Part shown: positions 20,493 to 29,656 of the stretch, piece after piece
Position numbering within the stretch: position 1 is the stretch's first letter
Layout: every line of letters begins with the position of its first letter
Assembly (NCBI GenBank): GCA_038131485.1
Contig: JAYPPO010000002.1
Location: 6,908-70,907 of the forward strand
Length of the DNA: 64,000 nucleotides
Source: Alphaproteobacteria bacterium
GTDB taxonomy: Bacteria; Pseudomonadota; Alphaproteobacteria; MPNO01; UBA830
Direction: 5' to 3'
Notes under the pieces: generated by a model
What the model saw: the letters and a program-made list of their open reading frames with translations, nothing else
Told to the model about the DNA's origin: nothing
The model's database searches: none
Translations under genes and position numbers: made by a program

Positions 20493-21209
20493 ATGGCCAG
20501 CCTGATAAACGCGCTGCGCGATATCGTCGTCGCCAACCGGATCCTCGCTCACGAAGACGTCGTCGATGCGTTCGGCCACATCAGCGTGCGTCATCCCAAC
20601 AAACCTGGCCATTATCTGATGGCACGATCGCGCAGCCCGGAGCTGGTGACGATGGACGACATCATGGAGTTCACTTTAGCAGGCGACATCGTCGGCGGCG
20701 ACGACCGCAAGCCCTATGCCGAGAGGCACATTCACGGCGGCATTTACGAGGCGCGACCCAACGTGCATTCGGTCGTTCACAACCATTCGCACGCGGTCAT
20801 TCCGTTCAGCGTGACGCAAACGCCGCTGCGTCCGGTGATGCACGTTACCGGCATCATCGGCGGGCACGTGCCCGTGTGGGACATCGAGGACAAATTTGGC
20901 GGCACTTCGCTGCTGGTCACCAACATGGAGCAGGGTCGAGACCTGGCGGAGAAGATGGGCGACGCCGCCGTCGTGCTGATGCGGGGCCACGGCTGCGCTG
21001 TCGCAGGCGAAGGCATAAAGCAGACGGTCCTGACCTCGATCTACGCCCAGGTTAACGCCAAGCTGCAGCTACAGGCGATGCCGCTGGGCGAGGTGAAGTA
21101 TCTCAGCCCTATCGAGATCGAGCTGACGCCGGAGACGCTGACCGGCCCGCTCGCCATGGAACGCGCCTGGGAATATTTCGCGCGCCGCGCCATGGGCGGC
21201 GAGTTCTAA
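20493..21209 (+). CDS. Class II aldolase / adducin-domain protein
   Basis: FGHISVR, HIHGGIYEARPNVHSVVHNHS and LMRGHGCAV are the aldolase_II metal-binding His pattern. Confidence 0.85.
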   Translation: MASLINALRDIVVANRILAHEDVVDAFGHISVRHPNKPGHYLMARSRSPELVTMDDIMEFTLAGDIVGGDDRKPYAERHIHGGIYEARPNVHSVVHNHSHAVIPFSVTQTPLRPVMHVTGIIGGHVPVWDIEDKFGGTSLLVTNMEQGRDLAEKMGDAAVVLMRGHGCAVAGEGIKQTVLTSIYAQVNAKLQLQAMPLGEVKYLSPIEIELTPETLTGPLAMERAWEYFARRAMGGEF

Positions 21210-21224
21210 CGTTGATCCCGATAG

Positions 21225-21857
21225 GGATGGCGTGACGGCCAGAACAACAGTTCAGAGGGCGAATTATCTGAGTTACGGCCCAACTTCTCCGTTAGGGAGG
21301 ACGAGACGCTCTATTCAATGCCGCGGCTGGCCGCCCATATCTATGACGAGGCGGGCGTCGCGCTCGCCGCTTATCACGCGACCTCTCTCATGAAGGGAGA
21401 GGCCATTCTCGATTTGATGTCAAGCTCCGTATCCCACCCACCCCAGAACTCGGCTTTTGTGAGGACGATCGGCCACGGCATAAACCGGGCCGAACTGGGG
21501 GCCAACCAGCAGCTCGACGAGTATTTAATAAAAGACCTGAACAAGACCCCGGCCCTGCCATCCAAGGCCGCGTCGTTCGATGCCTGCCTGATCGTGGTGT
21601 CGTTGCAGTATCTGACGGGGCCATTCGAAGTGTTTTCAGAGATTACTCGCAGATTTAAGCCGCGCGGCGTTCTCGCCGCGTCGTTCTCCAACTGGGTGTT
21701 TTTGCTGAGACGGTTACGGTTTCGCAGCCGCTGGACGACAACGCGCTCGGGCCTGCCGGTTGGCGTGCGGGGCCTCGTGGATGGGTATGGCAATCTTCTG
21801 AATTTTACGCAGGACGAAAGTATTCTCGGCCGTACGCTGGATCGGGAATTCTGCTGA
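21225..21857 (+). pseudogene. Probable decaying SAM-dependent methyltransferase-like gene
   Basis: LDLMSSSVSHPP...GHGINRAELGANQQLDEYLIKDLN...FDACLIVVSLQYLTGPFEVFSEITRRFKPRGVLAASFSN fits a widespread methyltransferase-like family. Similarity (LRPNFSVREDETLYS) continues upstream of the only ATG (21318) with no start codon back to the TAG at 21222. The C-terminal 50 aa are Arg-rich and not family-like. Confidence 0.4.
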
Positions 21858-22014
21858 AAGTTGTAAAGCGAATGGACGGTCAAAACGCTGCTGTCTAAGA
21901 TGCTGACAGCCGAAAAATAGCTCCGAGTGCGGGCGGCCGAAGTTCGCGATACACCAACGCGGATGATCTCCGCTGGACGCGCTGACCGCCCTTACATAGA
22001 GGTCGGGCACGCCG

Positions 22015-22043
22015 TTGAAATCGCCTACGGCGACACCTATGTA
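22015..22043 (+). promoter_or_regulatory. Putative sigma-70-type promoter of hsp20 (TTGAAA-N17-TATGTA)
   Basis: TTGAAA 22015-22020, 17-nt spacer, TATGTA 22038-22043. Would give a 5'UTR of about 55 nt. Confidence 0.4.
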
Positions 22044-22049
22044 AATAGG

Positions 22050-22105
22050 TGCGGGCGCCATACTCGGGCCCGTAACGTATTCTCGCTCACACGAGGAGAA
22101 GACCG
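22050..22105 (+). promoter_or_regulatory. ROSE-like RNA thermometer in the hsp20 5'UTR
   Basis: Hairpin 22080-22100: UUCUC-G-CUC / loop ACAC / GAG-GAGAA sequesters the SD (AGGAG 22094-22098) with a single bulged G (22085). ATG at 22106. Confidence 0.55.
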
Positions 22106-22570
22106 ATGACTCGGCTATCGCTGTTCAACAGTCCGTTAATGCTTGGGTTCGATGAACTTGAGCGCGCGCTCGACAGGGTGTCAAAAGGGTCGTCGGACGG
22201 TTATCCGCCCTACAATATCGAACGCATCGGCGAAGACGGCATCCGAATTACGCTGGCCGTCGCCGGATTTTCCGATGACGAACTCTCGGTGGCTGTCGAG
22301 AGTGCCCAACTTATCGTCCGCGGCAAGCAAAGGGATGACGCCTCTCGGCAGTTCCTGCATCGAGGTATAGCCGCGCGCCAGTTCCAGCGCTCTTTTTTGT
22401 TGGCCGAGGGAATCGTGATCGAAGGCGCTGAGCTCGACAACGGGCTCCTGCATATTGATCTAAAGCGGCCCGGACGGGCGGTGCTGTCGCGTTCTATCGA
22501 GATTCGGACCGCGGGCAACCGGCCGAACCTCAAACCGATCGATATCCAACCAGAGGAAAAGGCTTCCTGA
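22106..22570 (+). CDS. Small heat-shock protein, Hsp20/IbpA family
   Basis: GYPPYNIERIGEDGIRITLAVAGFSDDELSVAVESAQLIVRGK...RGIAARQFQRSFLLAEG...GAELDNGLLHIDL is the alpha-crystallin domain. Confidence 0.9.
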   Translation: MTRLSLFNSPLMLGFDELERALDRVSKGSSDGYPPYNIERIGEDGIRITLAVAGFSDDELSVAVESAQLIVRGKQRDDASRQFLHRGIAARQFQRSFLLAEGIVIEGAELDNGLLHIDLKRPGRAVLSRSIEIRTAGNRPNLKPIDIQPEEKAS

Positions 22571-22627
22571 ATGGGCACCATCAACCAATCTCGCCCGCCG
22601 TCCACGGACCCATAGTGGAGGAGTATA

Positions 22628-22849
22628 ATGGAAAGAGCAGAGTCTCCGAGCCCCCTGATGTCGCCGCAGGATTTTGCCCTGCTCGGCATGCACCAAGTTG
22701 CGTTCGTCAAGCCTGGTTGCCGCGAAGGTCACGAAGGGTTTGCCGTTTTCGCTGCCGATGGCACCGAAATCGTGTTTATTGAGAACGAGCGTGGCATTGT
22801 GTTCGCTGCTGTGCGCCAGCACGACCTAGAACCAGTCAGCGTCCACTGA
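22628..22849 (+). CDS. DUF1150 family protein
   Basis: FALLGMHQVAFVKP...FAVFAADGTEI...AAVRQHDLEPVSVH. Usual partner downstream of rhizobial hsp20 genes. Confidence 0.7.
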   Translation: MERAESPSPLMSPQDFALLGMHQVAFVKPGCREGHEGFAVFAADGTEIVFIENERGIVFAAVRQHDLEPVSVH

Positions 22850-22917
22850 CGGTCGTTTGCATATTTTCGGAAGTCAGGCGACTCCGTGAGAGAGAAGGCG
22901 TGCCGCGAGCCAGTCTG

Positions 22918-23382
22918 TCAGGCGGCGGTCTTATGCACATCTCGAGCCAGCAGCGTATAAATCGTCTCGGTGCTCGCCGCGTCGCGGAGCTTCTCGCAGC
23001 TCGCCGCATTGCGCATAACCCGCGAAATCCGGGCCAGCGCCTTCAAGTGATCCGCCCCAGCCGACTCTGGCGCCAAAAGTAGGAAGATCAGATCGACGGG
23101 CTGGCCGTCGATGGCGTCGAAATCAACCGCCGATTCGAGCCGCGCGAAACATCCATATAGCTTGTCTAGATCAGACAGCTTGCCGTGCGGGATGGCGATG
23201 CCACCGCCAATACCGGTCGTCCCGAGCCGCTCGCGCTCTAGCAAGACGTCGAAGATCTCTCGCTTTGCGATTCCTGTAGCGTCAGCTGCGTGGCTGGAGA
23301 GCTCTTCCAGTGCATGTTTCTTGCTGGACGCCCTCAGCGACGAAACGACGCTACGCTGAGTCAGAATATCGGTGATTTCCAT
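22918..23382 (-). CDS. ptsN: Nitrogen-PTS enzyme IIA (EIIA-Ntr)
   Basis: GIGGGIAIPHGKL (phosphorylatable His region) and LIFLLLAPESAGADHLKALARISR. Position downstream of rpoN. Confidence 0.9.
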   Translation of the reverse strand: MEITDILTQRSVVSSLRASSKKHALEELSSHAADATGIAKREIFDVLLERERLGTTGIGGGIAIPHGKLSDLDKLYGCFARLESAVDFDAIDGQPVDLIFLLLAPESAGADHLKALARISRVMRNAASCEKLRDAASTETIYTLLARDVHKTAA

Positions 23383-23661
23383 AAACGGGTCCCTGCGCTG
23401 TCAGGCCGCCCTATCGCTCTGCGAATCGATCGAGCCAATATTGCCGTCGCAACAACTATAGACAACTTTGAGATTAGCCTTGCTCGCGTCCGTGAAAACG
23501 ATCGCCTGCATGCGAGTCTTAGTGCGGGGCGACTGCGGTATTTTAAGCATTCGTTGGGTAATTTGGCGGGACAATTTGCGGGCTCATTCTGAGCGGCCGG
23601 AAATTAGCACCACCGCCCTGGGTGTCAATAGCGCCCGAATACCCCTCCCGGGTGTGCCGTT

Positions 23662-25245
23662 TCAGACGCGCAGCGTATTCTCGCGCCGGCGCTGGACCGA
23701 CGAAGGAATCCGCATCGCATCTCGATATTTGGCAACCGTTCGCCGCGCGATTTCGATCCCCTCCTCGCGCAGGATATCCACGATCCGGTCATCGGACAGA
23801 ACTAATTCTGGCTTCTCGCCGTCGATGAGCGACTTGATCCGGAACCGGATAGCCTCAGCGGACCGCGATTCGCCGTCTTTGTTCAGCCCAATCGCCGAGG
23901 TAAAGAAGTACTTCATCTCGAAGATGCCTTGGCTCATGCCGAGATACTTGTTCGCGGTCACGCGGCTCACCGTGCTCTCGTGAACACCGACTGCCTCCGC
24001 CACGTCGCGCAGCGTTAGCGGCTTGAGATAGGCGACGCCACGCTCGAGGAACGCCTCCTGCTGCTTAACCAGCTGAGCCGCGACCTTGAGGATTGTTTCA
24101 GCGCGCTGATGCAGCGCGCGTACCAGCCAGTTCGCCGACTGTAACCGGTCGGCGAGAAATGCGCGGTCGCTCGCCGAGCGCGCCTGGCGGCTGACTACAG
24201 CGTAGTAGCGGGTATTGACCAGAACGCGCGGCATCGCGTCGGCGTTGAGCTCGACCAGCCAACCTTCAGCGCTGCGCCGGACGAAAACGTCCGGCACGAC
24301 AGGCTGGATGATATCGTGATCGTAGAGTGACGCCGGGCGCGGGTTAAGCTTCTTGATCTCGGTGACCATCTGCAGGAGGTCTGCGGTGTCGACGCCGCAC
24401 AGCTTGCGAAGCAGCACGAAGTCTCGCTTGCCGAGCAGCCCCAGATTGTCGATGAGCGCCTGCATGGCTGGGTCGAGGCGGTCTTTCGCGCGCAGCTGCA
24501 ACGCCAGGCATTCCGACAGGCTGCGCGCGAAAACTCCGGGAGGGTCGAGCTTTTGGCAGAGCGCTAGTGTCCCCTCGACCTTGGCGAGGTCACAACCGAG
24601 TGCGACAGCGACGGGCTCGAGGTCGCCGGCGAGCCAGCCGTTCGCATCTAGCATTTCGATTAGGCGGCTAGCGATCATCATCTCCAACGGATCCTCAAAA
24701 TCAATTTGGATCTGCGCGATCAGATCGTCGCGAAGCTTAGGCCCGTCTGCTGCGAAATTCTCGAGGCTGTTCAGATCATCGTTGAAGCCACCGCCCGGGG
24801 CGTTCCACATCAGGGAATCGGTGGATGCGCCATCGGAAGCAGACTCTGGCTCGTAGGTGTTCTCGTAATCTGTATCGAGTGCCCTGTCATCGTCGCCTAT
24901 GCTTTTGGATGTGGCATGGTCCGCGGAATCGGGAAGCAAGTCGTAATCGTCGTAGGCGGGATCGTCCGGCGATAGCCGAACGTCTTCTCGCTCTGCCCCA
25001 AAATCTCCTGTGTCGGAAGCTTCTGCCGCATCATAGCCGCTCTCGCGCGTCGTGTGGCCACCGTCAATGTCCATGACTGCCTCAGCATCCTCGCGTTCGA
25101 GAATCGGGTTTTCCTCAATTTCGTGTTCAATGTACTCGGCAAGCTCGACATTGGACATTTGCAGCAGCTTGATTGCCTGCTGCAGCTGCGGCGTCATTAC
25201 CAGAGACTGGCTCTGCCGAAGGTCTAATCGTGGTCCGGGCGCCAT
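23662..25245 (-). CDS. rpoN: RNA polymerase sigma-54 factor
   Basis: LRQSQSLVMTPQLQQAIKLLQMSNVEL region I, HTH VAEAVGVHESTVSRV, RpoN box ARRTVAKYR. ATG at 25245 preferred over GTG at 25260. Confidence 0.95.
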   Translation of the reverse strand: MAPGPRLDLRQSQSLVMTPQLQQAIKLLQMSNVELAEYIEHEIEENPILEREDAEAVMDIDGGHTTRESGYDAAEASDTGDFGAEREDVRLSPDDPAYDDYDLLPDSADHATSKSIGDDDRALDTDYENTYEPESASDGASTDSLMWNAPGGGFNDDLNSLENFAADGPKLRDDLIAQIQIDFEDPLEMMIASRLIEMLDANGWLAGDLEPVAVALGCDLAKVEGTLALCQKLDPPGVFARSLSECLALQLRAKDRLDPAMQALIDNLGLLGKRDFVLLRKLCGVDTADLLQMVTEIKKLNPRPASLYDHDIIQPVVPDVFVRRSAEGWLVELNADAMPRVLVNTRYYAVVSRQARSASDRAFLADRLQSANWLVRALHQRAETILKVAAQLVKQQEAFLERGVAYLKPLTLRDVAEAVGVHESTVSRVTANKYLGMSQGIFEMKYFFTSAIGLNKDGESRSAEAIRFRIKSLIDGEKPELVLSDDRIVDILREEGIEIARRTVAKYRDAMRIPSSVQRRRENTLRV

Positions 25246-25300
25246 CTGAGCTTTTCCCACCTACCCCTGACCAAAATCGTTCATACGCTGGTAACGCTAT

Positions 25301-26104
25301 CTAAAGGCTGAATCTTTCCCCAAGGTAAACCCGCCGCACGTCCTTGTGCTCAACGATTTCGGACGGCGCGCCCTCCATCAGCACTGCGCCGTCGTGCAGG
25401 ATATAGGCACGGTCGACAATATCTAGGGTCTCGCGGACGTTGTGATCGGTGATGAGCACGCCGATGCCGCGGTTCTTCAGATGCGCCACTAGGTTCCGGA
25501 TATCGTCCACCGCGATCGGGTCGATGCCGGCGAATGGCTCGTCGAGCAGCATGTAGCTCGGCTGCGACGCGAGGGCGCGGGCGATCTCGACGCGCCGTCG
25601 TTCGCCGCCGGACAGCGCGAGCGCCGGCGTCCGGCGCAGGTGGCTCACGGAGAACTCGGCCAGTAGCTCCTCGAGACGAGCCTCGCGACGGCTAACGTTA
25701 TCGTCAACAACCTCTAAGACGGAGCGGATATTGTTTTCGACGTTTAGCCCCCGGAAGATCGACGCTTCCTGCGGCAGATAGCCTATCCCGAGCCGGGCGC
25801 GCCGGTACATGGGCAACGTAGTCACGTCCCGGCCGTCGAGCGAGATCGCACCATGGTCGGCAGAAATCAGACCGGTCATGATATAGAAGCAAGTCGTCTT
25901 CCCAGCACCATTTGGACCGAGCAGACCGACGACCTCGCCGCGCTGGACATTGACGTTGACGTCGCGCAGCACAGGCCTCTTCTTGAAGCGCTTACCGACC
26001 TTGTGGGCAAACAGCCCGGCGCTGCCATCGATGACATGCGGCCTCACCGCGTCCCCGTTATCGCGGGTAGACGACGAACCGATCGGGGCGACACTGTCAG
26101 TCAT
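25301..26104 (-). CDS. lptB: LPS export ABC transporter ATP-binding protein
   Basis: Walker A GPNGAGKTT, signature LSGGERRRVEIARAL, Walker B MLLDEPFAGIDP. Sits between lptA and rpoN. Confidence 0.9.
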   Translation of the reverse strand: MTDSVAPIGSSSTRDNGDAVRPHVIDGSAGLFAHKVGKRFKKRPVLRDVNVNVQRGEVVGLLGPNGAGKTTCFYIMTGLISADHGAISLDGRDVTTLPMYRRARLGIGYLPQEASIFRGLNVENNIRSVLEVVDDNVSRREARLEELLAEFSVSHLRRTPALALSGGERRRVEIARALASQPSYMLLDEPFAGIDPIAVDDIRNLVAHLKNRGIGVLITDHNVRETLDIVDRAYILHDGAVLMEGAPSEIVEHKDVRRVYLGERFSL

Positions 26105-26946
26105 TGTGGCTCCCGCACGCGGCCAGCGCCCTGACGCGGATTGGGCACCTGGTCAGGCGTGAAGATCCCCCTAACGCCTCCGGCACCGCGGCCGAACAAC
26201 TTGCTGACACCCGAATTAAGGTTAACCTCAGCATATTCTCCGTTCAGTTGATTGTCGCCACGGGTGACCTTAACCGATCCGGTGAGCGTCGCCACGCCCG
26301 TTTCGAGGTTGTAGACACCTCGCGCCGCTCGGACGATTTCGCTGGGCGTCGTGATCACCACGTTGTCGAACGCGTCGACCCGGTTGACCTTTGATTTTCC
26401 TTGTTTATTTTTAATAAAATGTGCTGTTAACACATCCGCTCGCAGGCGGTTTTCGCCACGAATCGCCACAGCATCGCCGCGCGCTATAGCCAGATTCCGT
26501 TTTTCCCAGTATTCCAAGCTGTCGCGCGCGGTGATTCGGTCGGTATCGGTATCAAGCCTGACAGCGCCGGTCAGCACCAGAATACCCGTTTCAACGTTGT
26601 ACACGCCCTTATCGCCAAAGGCCCGCTGCGTCGGTGTCACGATCCGAACGTTGCGGTCCGCGTCTACTCGCCAAATTGAGGTCGTGCCACCCTGGCCGTC
26701 CTTGTAGTAGGCCGTTAGCATGTCGGCAAGAACCGATACATCGCCTTGGACCGCCTTTGCGTTTCCACGTGCGATATAGGCCTTATTCTTTGAGTGCCAC
26801 TCGATACCCTGATCGGCATGGATCTCGATCGGCTTGCCGCCCGACTGGTTGGGCAGGCCGATGCCCTGCGCGCCCGCCGCGGAGGCGCCCGCAGCAGCGA
26901 ACGCCGTGATCAGCGCGGCGTGCATCGCTGTGCGCATTACAGTCAC
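26101..26946 (-). CDS. lptA: LptA/OstA-family periplasmic LPS transport protein
   Basis: Signal peptide (AFAAAGASAAGAQG) and repeated OstA-like beta-jellyroll strands. 4-nt overlaps with lptB and lptC. Confidence 0.7.
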   Translation of the reverse strand: MTVMRTAMHAALITAFAAAGASAAGAQGIGLPNQSGGKPIEIHADQGIEWHSKNKAYIARGNAKAVQGDVSVLADMLTAYYKDGQGGTTSIWRVDADRNVRIVTPTQRAFGDKGVYNVETGILVLTGAVRLDTDTDRITARDSLEYWEKRNLAIARGDAVAIRGENRLRADVLTAHFIKNKQGKSKVNRVDAFDNVVITTPSEIVRAARGVYNLETGVATLTGSVKVTRGDNQLNGEYAEVNLNSGVSKLFGRGAGGVRGIFTPDQVPNPRQGAGRVREPQ

Positions 26947-27647
26947 TTCCTGACCTTTCTAGGCTTCGGTGCCTTGCCGGGATACAGGACCATCCTCGCC
27001 TTTCCGGAAAAGAGGATTCTGTCGCCACTGCCTTCGATCCGAAAACCTTCGGCGGCTACGGTGCCGAACGGGCCTTGGCCTCGGACTGGATCGTTGCCCC
27101 AGGCCGTGCCAGTGCGAAACTCGATGCGGGCGTCGCGCGTCCGGAACTCATAGCCATCGTCGTGATAGAGCTGGACGCCGCCGGTGAGGTCGAGGACTCC
27201 CTTTTGGCGCCAGAGGACGCCGGAAGGCGACGTAATCGCAACCCACGATTCGCCCTGCAGGGTGACGTCGGCCTTGGGTTCGGAGAGATCGACTCGCCCC
27301 TCGCTTTCGGGTGGCTGAACCGCCGCCGCCGCCGTTACCGAAAACGGACGGTTTGCACTGTTGACGCCGGTGAAGCGGGCGTTGACGACGCGCTGACCGC
27401 CAGCAGTCTCGACATTGATGTCGGACAAGCCGAGCCGGAAATGTTCGGACGGCGTCTTCAGCTGAGGCCAGACTACAAGCAAGATCACGACGATGCCCGC
27501 CACGACGGGTAGCGCGTATTTTGTGAGCCTTACGAAACGGCTGTAGCCGGATGGGTAGCGTTGCGCCGCAAGCGCCTGCGGCAAGTTAACCCGCATGGCG
27601 CCATCAGAGTCGTTCCGCCGGTCAGCGGTTGCAGGGCGCGGCACCAT
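26943..27647 (-). CDS. lptC: LptC-like membrane-anchored LPS export protein
   Basis: Single N-terminal TM (ALPVVAGIVVILLVVWPQL). Position kdsD-lptC-lptA-lptB. Start uncertain (alternative ATG at 27596). Confidence 0.6.
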   Translation of the reverse strand: MVPRPATADRRNDSDGAMRVNLPQALAAQRYPSGYSRFVRLTKYALPVVAGIVVILLVVWPQLKTPSEHFRLGLSDINVETAGGQRVVNARFTGVNSANRPFSVTAAAAVQPPESEGRVDLSEPKADVTLQGESWVAITSPSGVLWRQKGVLDLTGGVQLYHDDGYEFRTRDARIEFRTGTAWGNDPVRGQGPFGTVAAEGFRIEGSGDRILFSGKARMVLYPGKAPKPRKVRK

Positions 27648-27650
27648 TCG

Positions 27651-28649
27651 TCAGGAAAGCCCTGTCCTGAGCACATCGTGTATATGGACGATGCCAAGCG
27701 GACGGTCCTTATCGACAACAAACACGCTGGTGATCTTTCGATCGTTCATAATGCCGAGCACTTGGGCGGCGAGGATGTCAGACCGGACGGTCTTAGGCGC
27801 CACAGTCATTACTTCGCCCGCTGTCATGGCGAGGATGTCATTCTCCATGTGGCGTCGCAGGTCGCCGTCGGTAATCAATCCGACGAGCGTGCTGCCGGCG
27901 TCGACGACGCCGACGCAGCCGAACGACTTCGCTGTCATCTCGATTATCGCCTCGGTCATCGGTGCGTCCTCACGGACCAGCGGCATCGCCTCGGCTTGGT
28001 GCATGATGTCGACCGCCTTGGTCAGGCGCGAGCCGAGCTGTCCCCCTGGATGGAGCATCCGGAAATCCTCTGACGAGAAGCCGCGGCGTTCGAGAAGCGA
28101 AACCGCGATCGCGTCGCCGAGCGCGAGCATGACCGTCGTCGAGGTGGTCGGTGCGAGGTTCAGGGGACATGCCTCGGGGCTGTCGGGCATTACCAGCGAC
28201 ACGTCGCCGGCGCAGGCCAGCGTGCTTCCCGCCCGTCCGGTAATCGAGACCAACGGGATGCTCTTGAGCTTAGCGTATGCGACGATGTCGGAAAGCTCCG
28301 CTGTTTCGCCAGAGTTAGACAGCGCTATGACCGCGTCCTTTACGGTGATCATGCCGAGATCGCCGTGGCTCGCCTCGGCGGGATGGACGTATTGCGTGGG
28401 CGTGCCGGTCGACGCGAGCGTCGACGCAATCTTGTGGGCAACATGGCCGCTCTTACCCATGCCGGTGACGATGACGCGGCCCTCGATTGAAATCAGCAAT
28501 TCGATCGCGCGTTCGAATTCGCCGTCGAGGGCGGCAGATAGCGCCCGTAGTCCGTCGATCTCCTTCTCGATGACCCGGCGCGCGGCGTCTATCGCCTTCG
28601 CCGGCACGCCGCCCTCTGTATCCTTCAGCCTGTCGTCGCTCTGCTTCAT
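27651..28649 (-). CDS. kdsD: KpsF/GutQ-family arabinose-5-phosphate isomerase (SIS plus 2x CBS)
   Basis: VIVTGMGKSGHVAHKIASTLASTGTP, ALSNSGET, then CBS pair. ATG at 28649 (MKQSDD) preferred over the longer track ORF. Confidence 0.9.
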   Translation of the reverse strand: MKQSDDRLKDTEGGVPAKAIDAARRVIEKEIDGLRALSAALDGEFERAIELLISIEGRVIVTGMGKSGHVAHKIASTLASTGTPTQYVHPAEASHGDLGMITVKDAVIALSNSGETAELSDIVAYAKLKSIPLVSITGRAGSTLACAGDVSLVMPDSPEACPLNLAPTTSTTVMLALGDAIAVSLLERRGFSSEDFRMLHPGGQLGSRLTKAVDIMHQAEAMPLVREDAPMTEAIIEMTAKSFGCVGVVDAGSTLVGLITDGDLRRHMENDILAMTAGEVMTVAPKTVRSDILAAQVLGIMNDRKITSVFVVDKDRPLGIVHIHDVLRTGLS

Positions 28650-28752
28650 TGAGAAAACTCTCGGGTTTCGAACAATCGTATCCGAATCCGCCCTTTCCGG
28701 CGAGCCCAGTCGGAGGGGAGCGGGCTGGATCACTTTACGACCGCCGCGCGAT

Positions 28753-29364
28753 CTAGTGCGCGAAAATATCCTTCTCCGGCCAGCCGGCGAGGTCGAGCTC
28801 GGCCCGGGTCGGCAGGAAGTTGAAGCAGGCGTGGGCGAATTCGGTCCGTCCCTCGCGCTCGAGCATCTCGTCGAGCTTTTCTTTGAGCGCGTGTAGATAC
28901 AGCACGTCGGCCGCTGCGTAGGCCACCTGCTGCGTCGTCAGTTCCGCCGCGCCCCAGTCCGAAGACTGCTGTTCCTTCGAAATGTCTTGGCCGATCAGCT
29001 CCTTGCAGAGATCCTTCAGCCCGTGGCGGTCCGTGAAGGTCCTAACCAGCTTAGACGCGATCTTCGTGCAATATACATGCTGGCTGGTGACGCCGAGATA
29101 GCGCCTCAGCACGGCGATGTCGAAACGGCCGAAATGATAGAGCTTGAGGACGCTGTCGTCGGTCAGCAGGCGCCGCAGATTTGGCGCGTCGAACCCGTCG
29201 GGCTCGAACTTGACCAGATGCGCGCTCCCGTCGCCCGCGGAAAGCTGCACGAGGCACAACCGGTCGCGATGCGGGTCGAGGCCCATGGTCTCGGTATCTA
29301 TGGCAACGATCTCACCGAAACCAACGTTGTCGGGCAAATCGCCGTGGTGTAGTTCTATCGCCAC
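28753..29364 (-). CDS. RNase D-family 3'-5' exonuclease (short form)
   Basis: DEDD motifs: VAIDTETMGL, LYHFGRFDIAVL, YAAADVLYL. GTG at 29364 lies 5 nt after GGAGA. The upstream part of the track ORF overlaps tRNA-Leu. Confidence 0.8.
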   Translation of the reverse strand: MAIELHHGDLPDNVGFGEIVAIDTETMGLDPHRDRLCLVQLSAGDGSAHLVKFEPDGFDAPNLRRLLTDDSVLKLYHFGRFDIAVLRRYLGVTSQHVYCTKIASKLVRTFTDRHGLKDLCKELIGQDISKEQQSSDWGAAELTTQQVAYAAADVLYLHALKEKLDEMLEREGRTEFAHACFNFLPTRAELDLAGWPEKDIFAH

Positions 29365-29423
29365 GGTATCTCCGTTCGCCGCGGTCTGGCAGGCAAATGC
29401 GGCGCAGCGCGGCTGGTTGGAAA

Positions 29424-29510
29424 TGGTGCCCAGGAGAAGACTCGAACTTCCACGACCTTGCGGCCACAGGCACCTGAAGCCTGCGCGTCTACCAATTCCG
29501 CCACCTGGGC
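29424..29510 (-). tRNA. tRNA-Leu (anticodon CAG)
   Basis: Minus strand GCCCAGGTGGCGGAATTGGTAGACGCGCAGGCTTCAGGTGCCTGTGGCCGCAAGGTCGTGGAAGTTCGAGTCTTCTCCTGGGCACCA. Long variable arm, anticodon loop TTCAGGT. Confidence 0.9.
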
Positions 29511-29656
29511 ATTCGCTTTCCGGCGGTCCGAAAAGCGAAGCGAGGGTATGCAATCCGCCCGAACCGATGTCAACTGGTTTCGCCGTTTCGGTTGACGCCA
29601 TTTCGGGCACTCTTTATTAGCGGTGCTGCACGGACTTTGGCGGAGGCAATCTTCAC

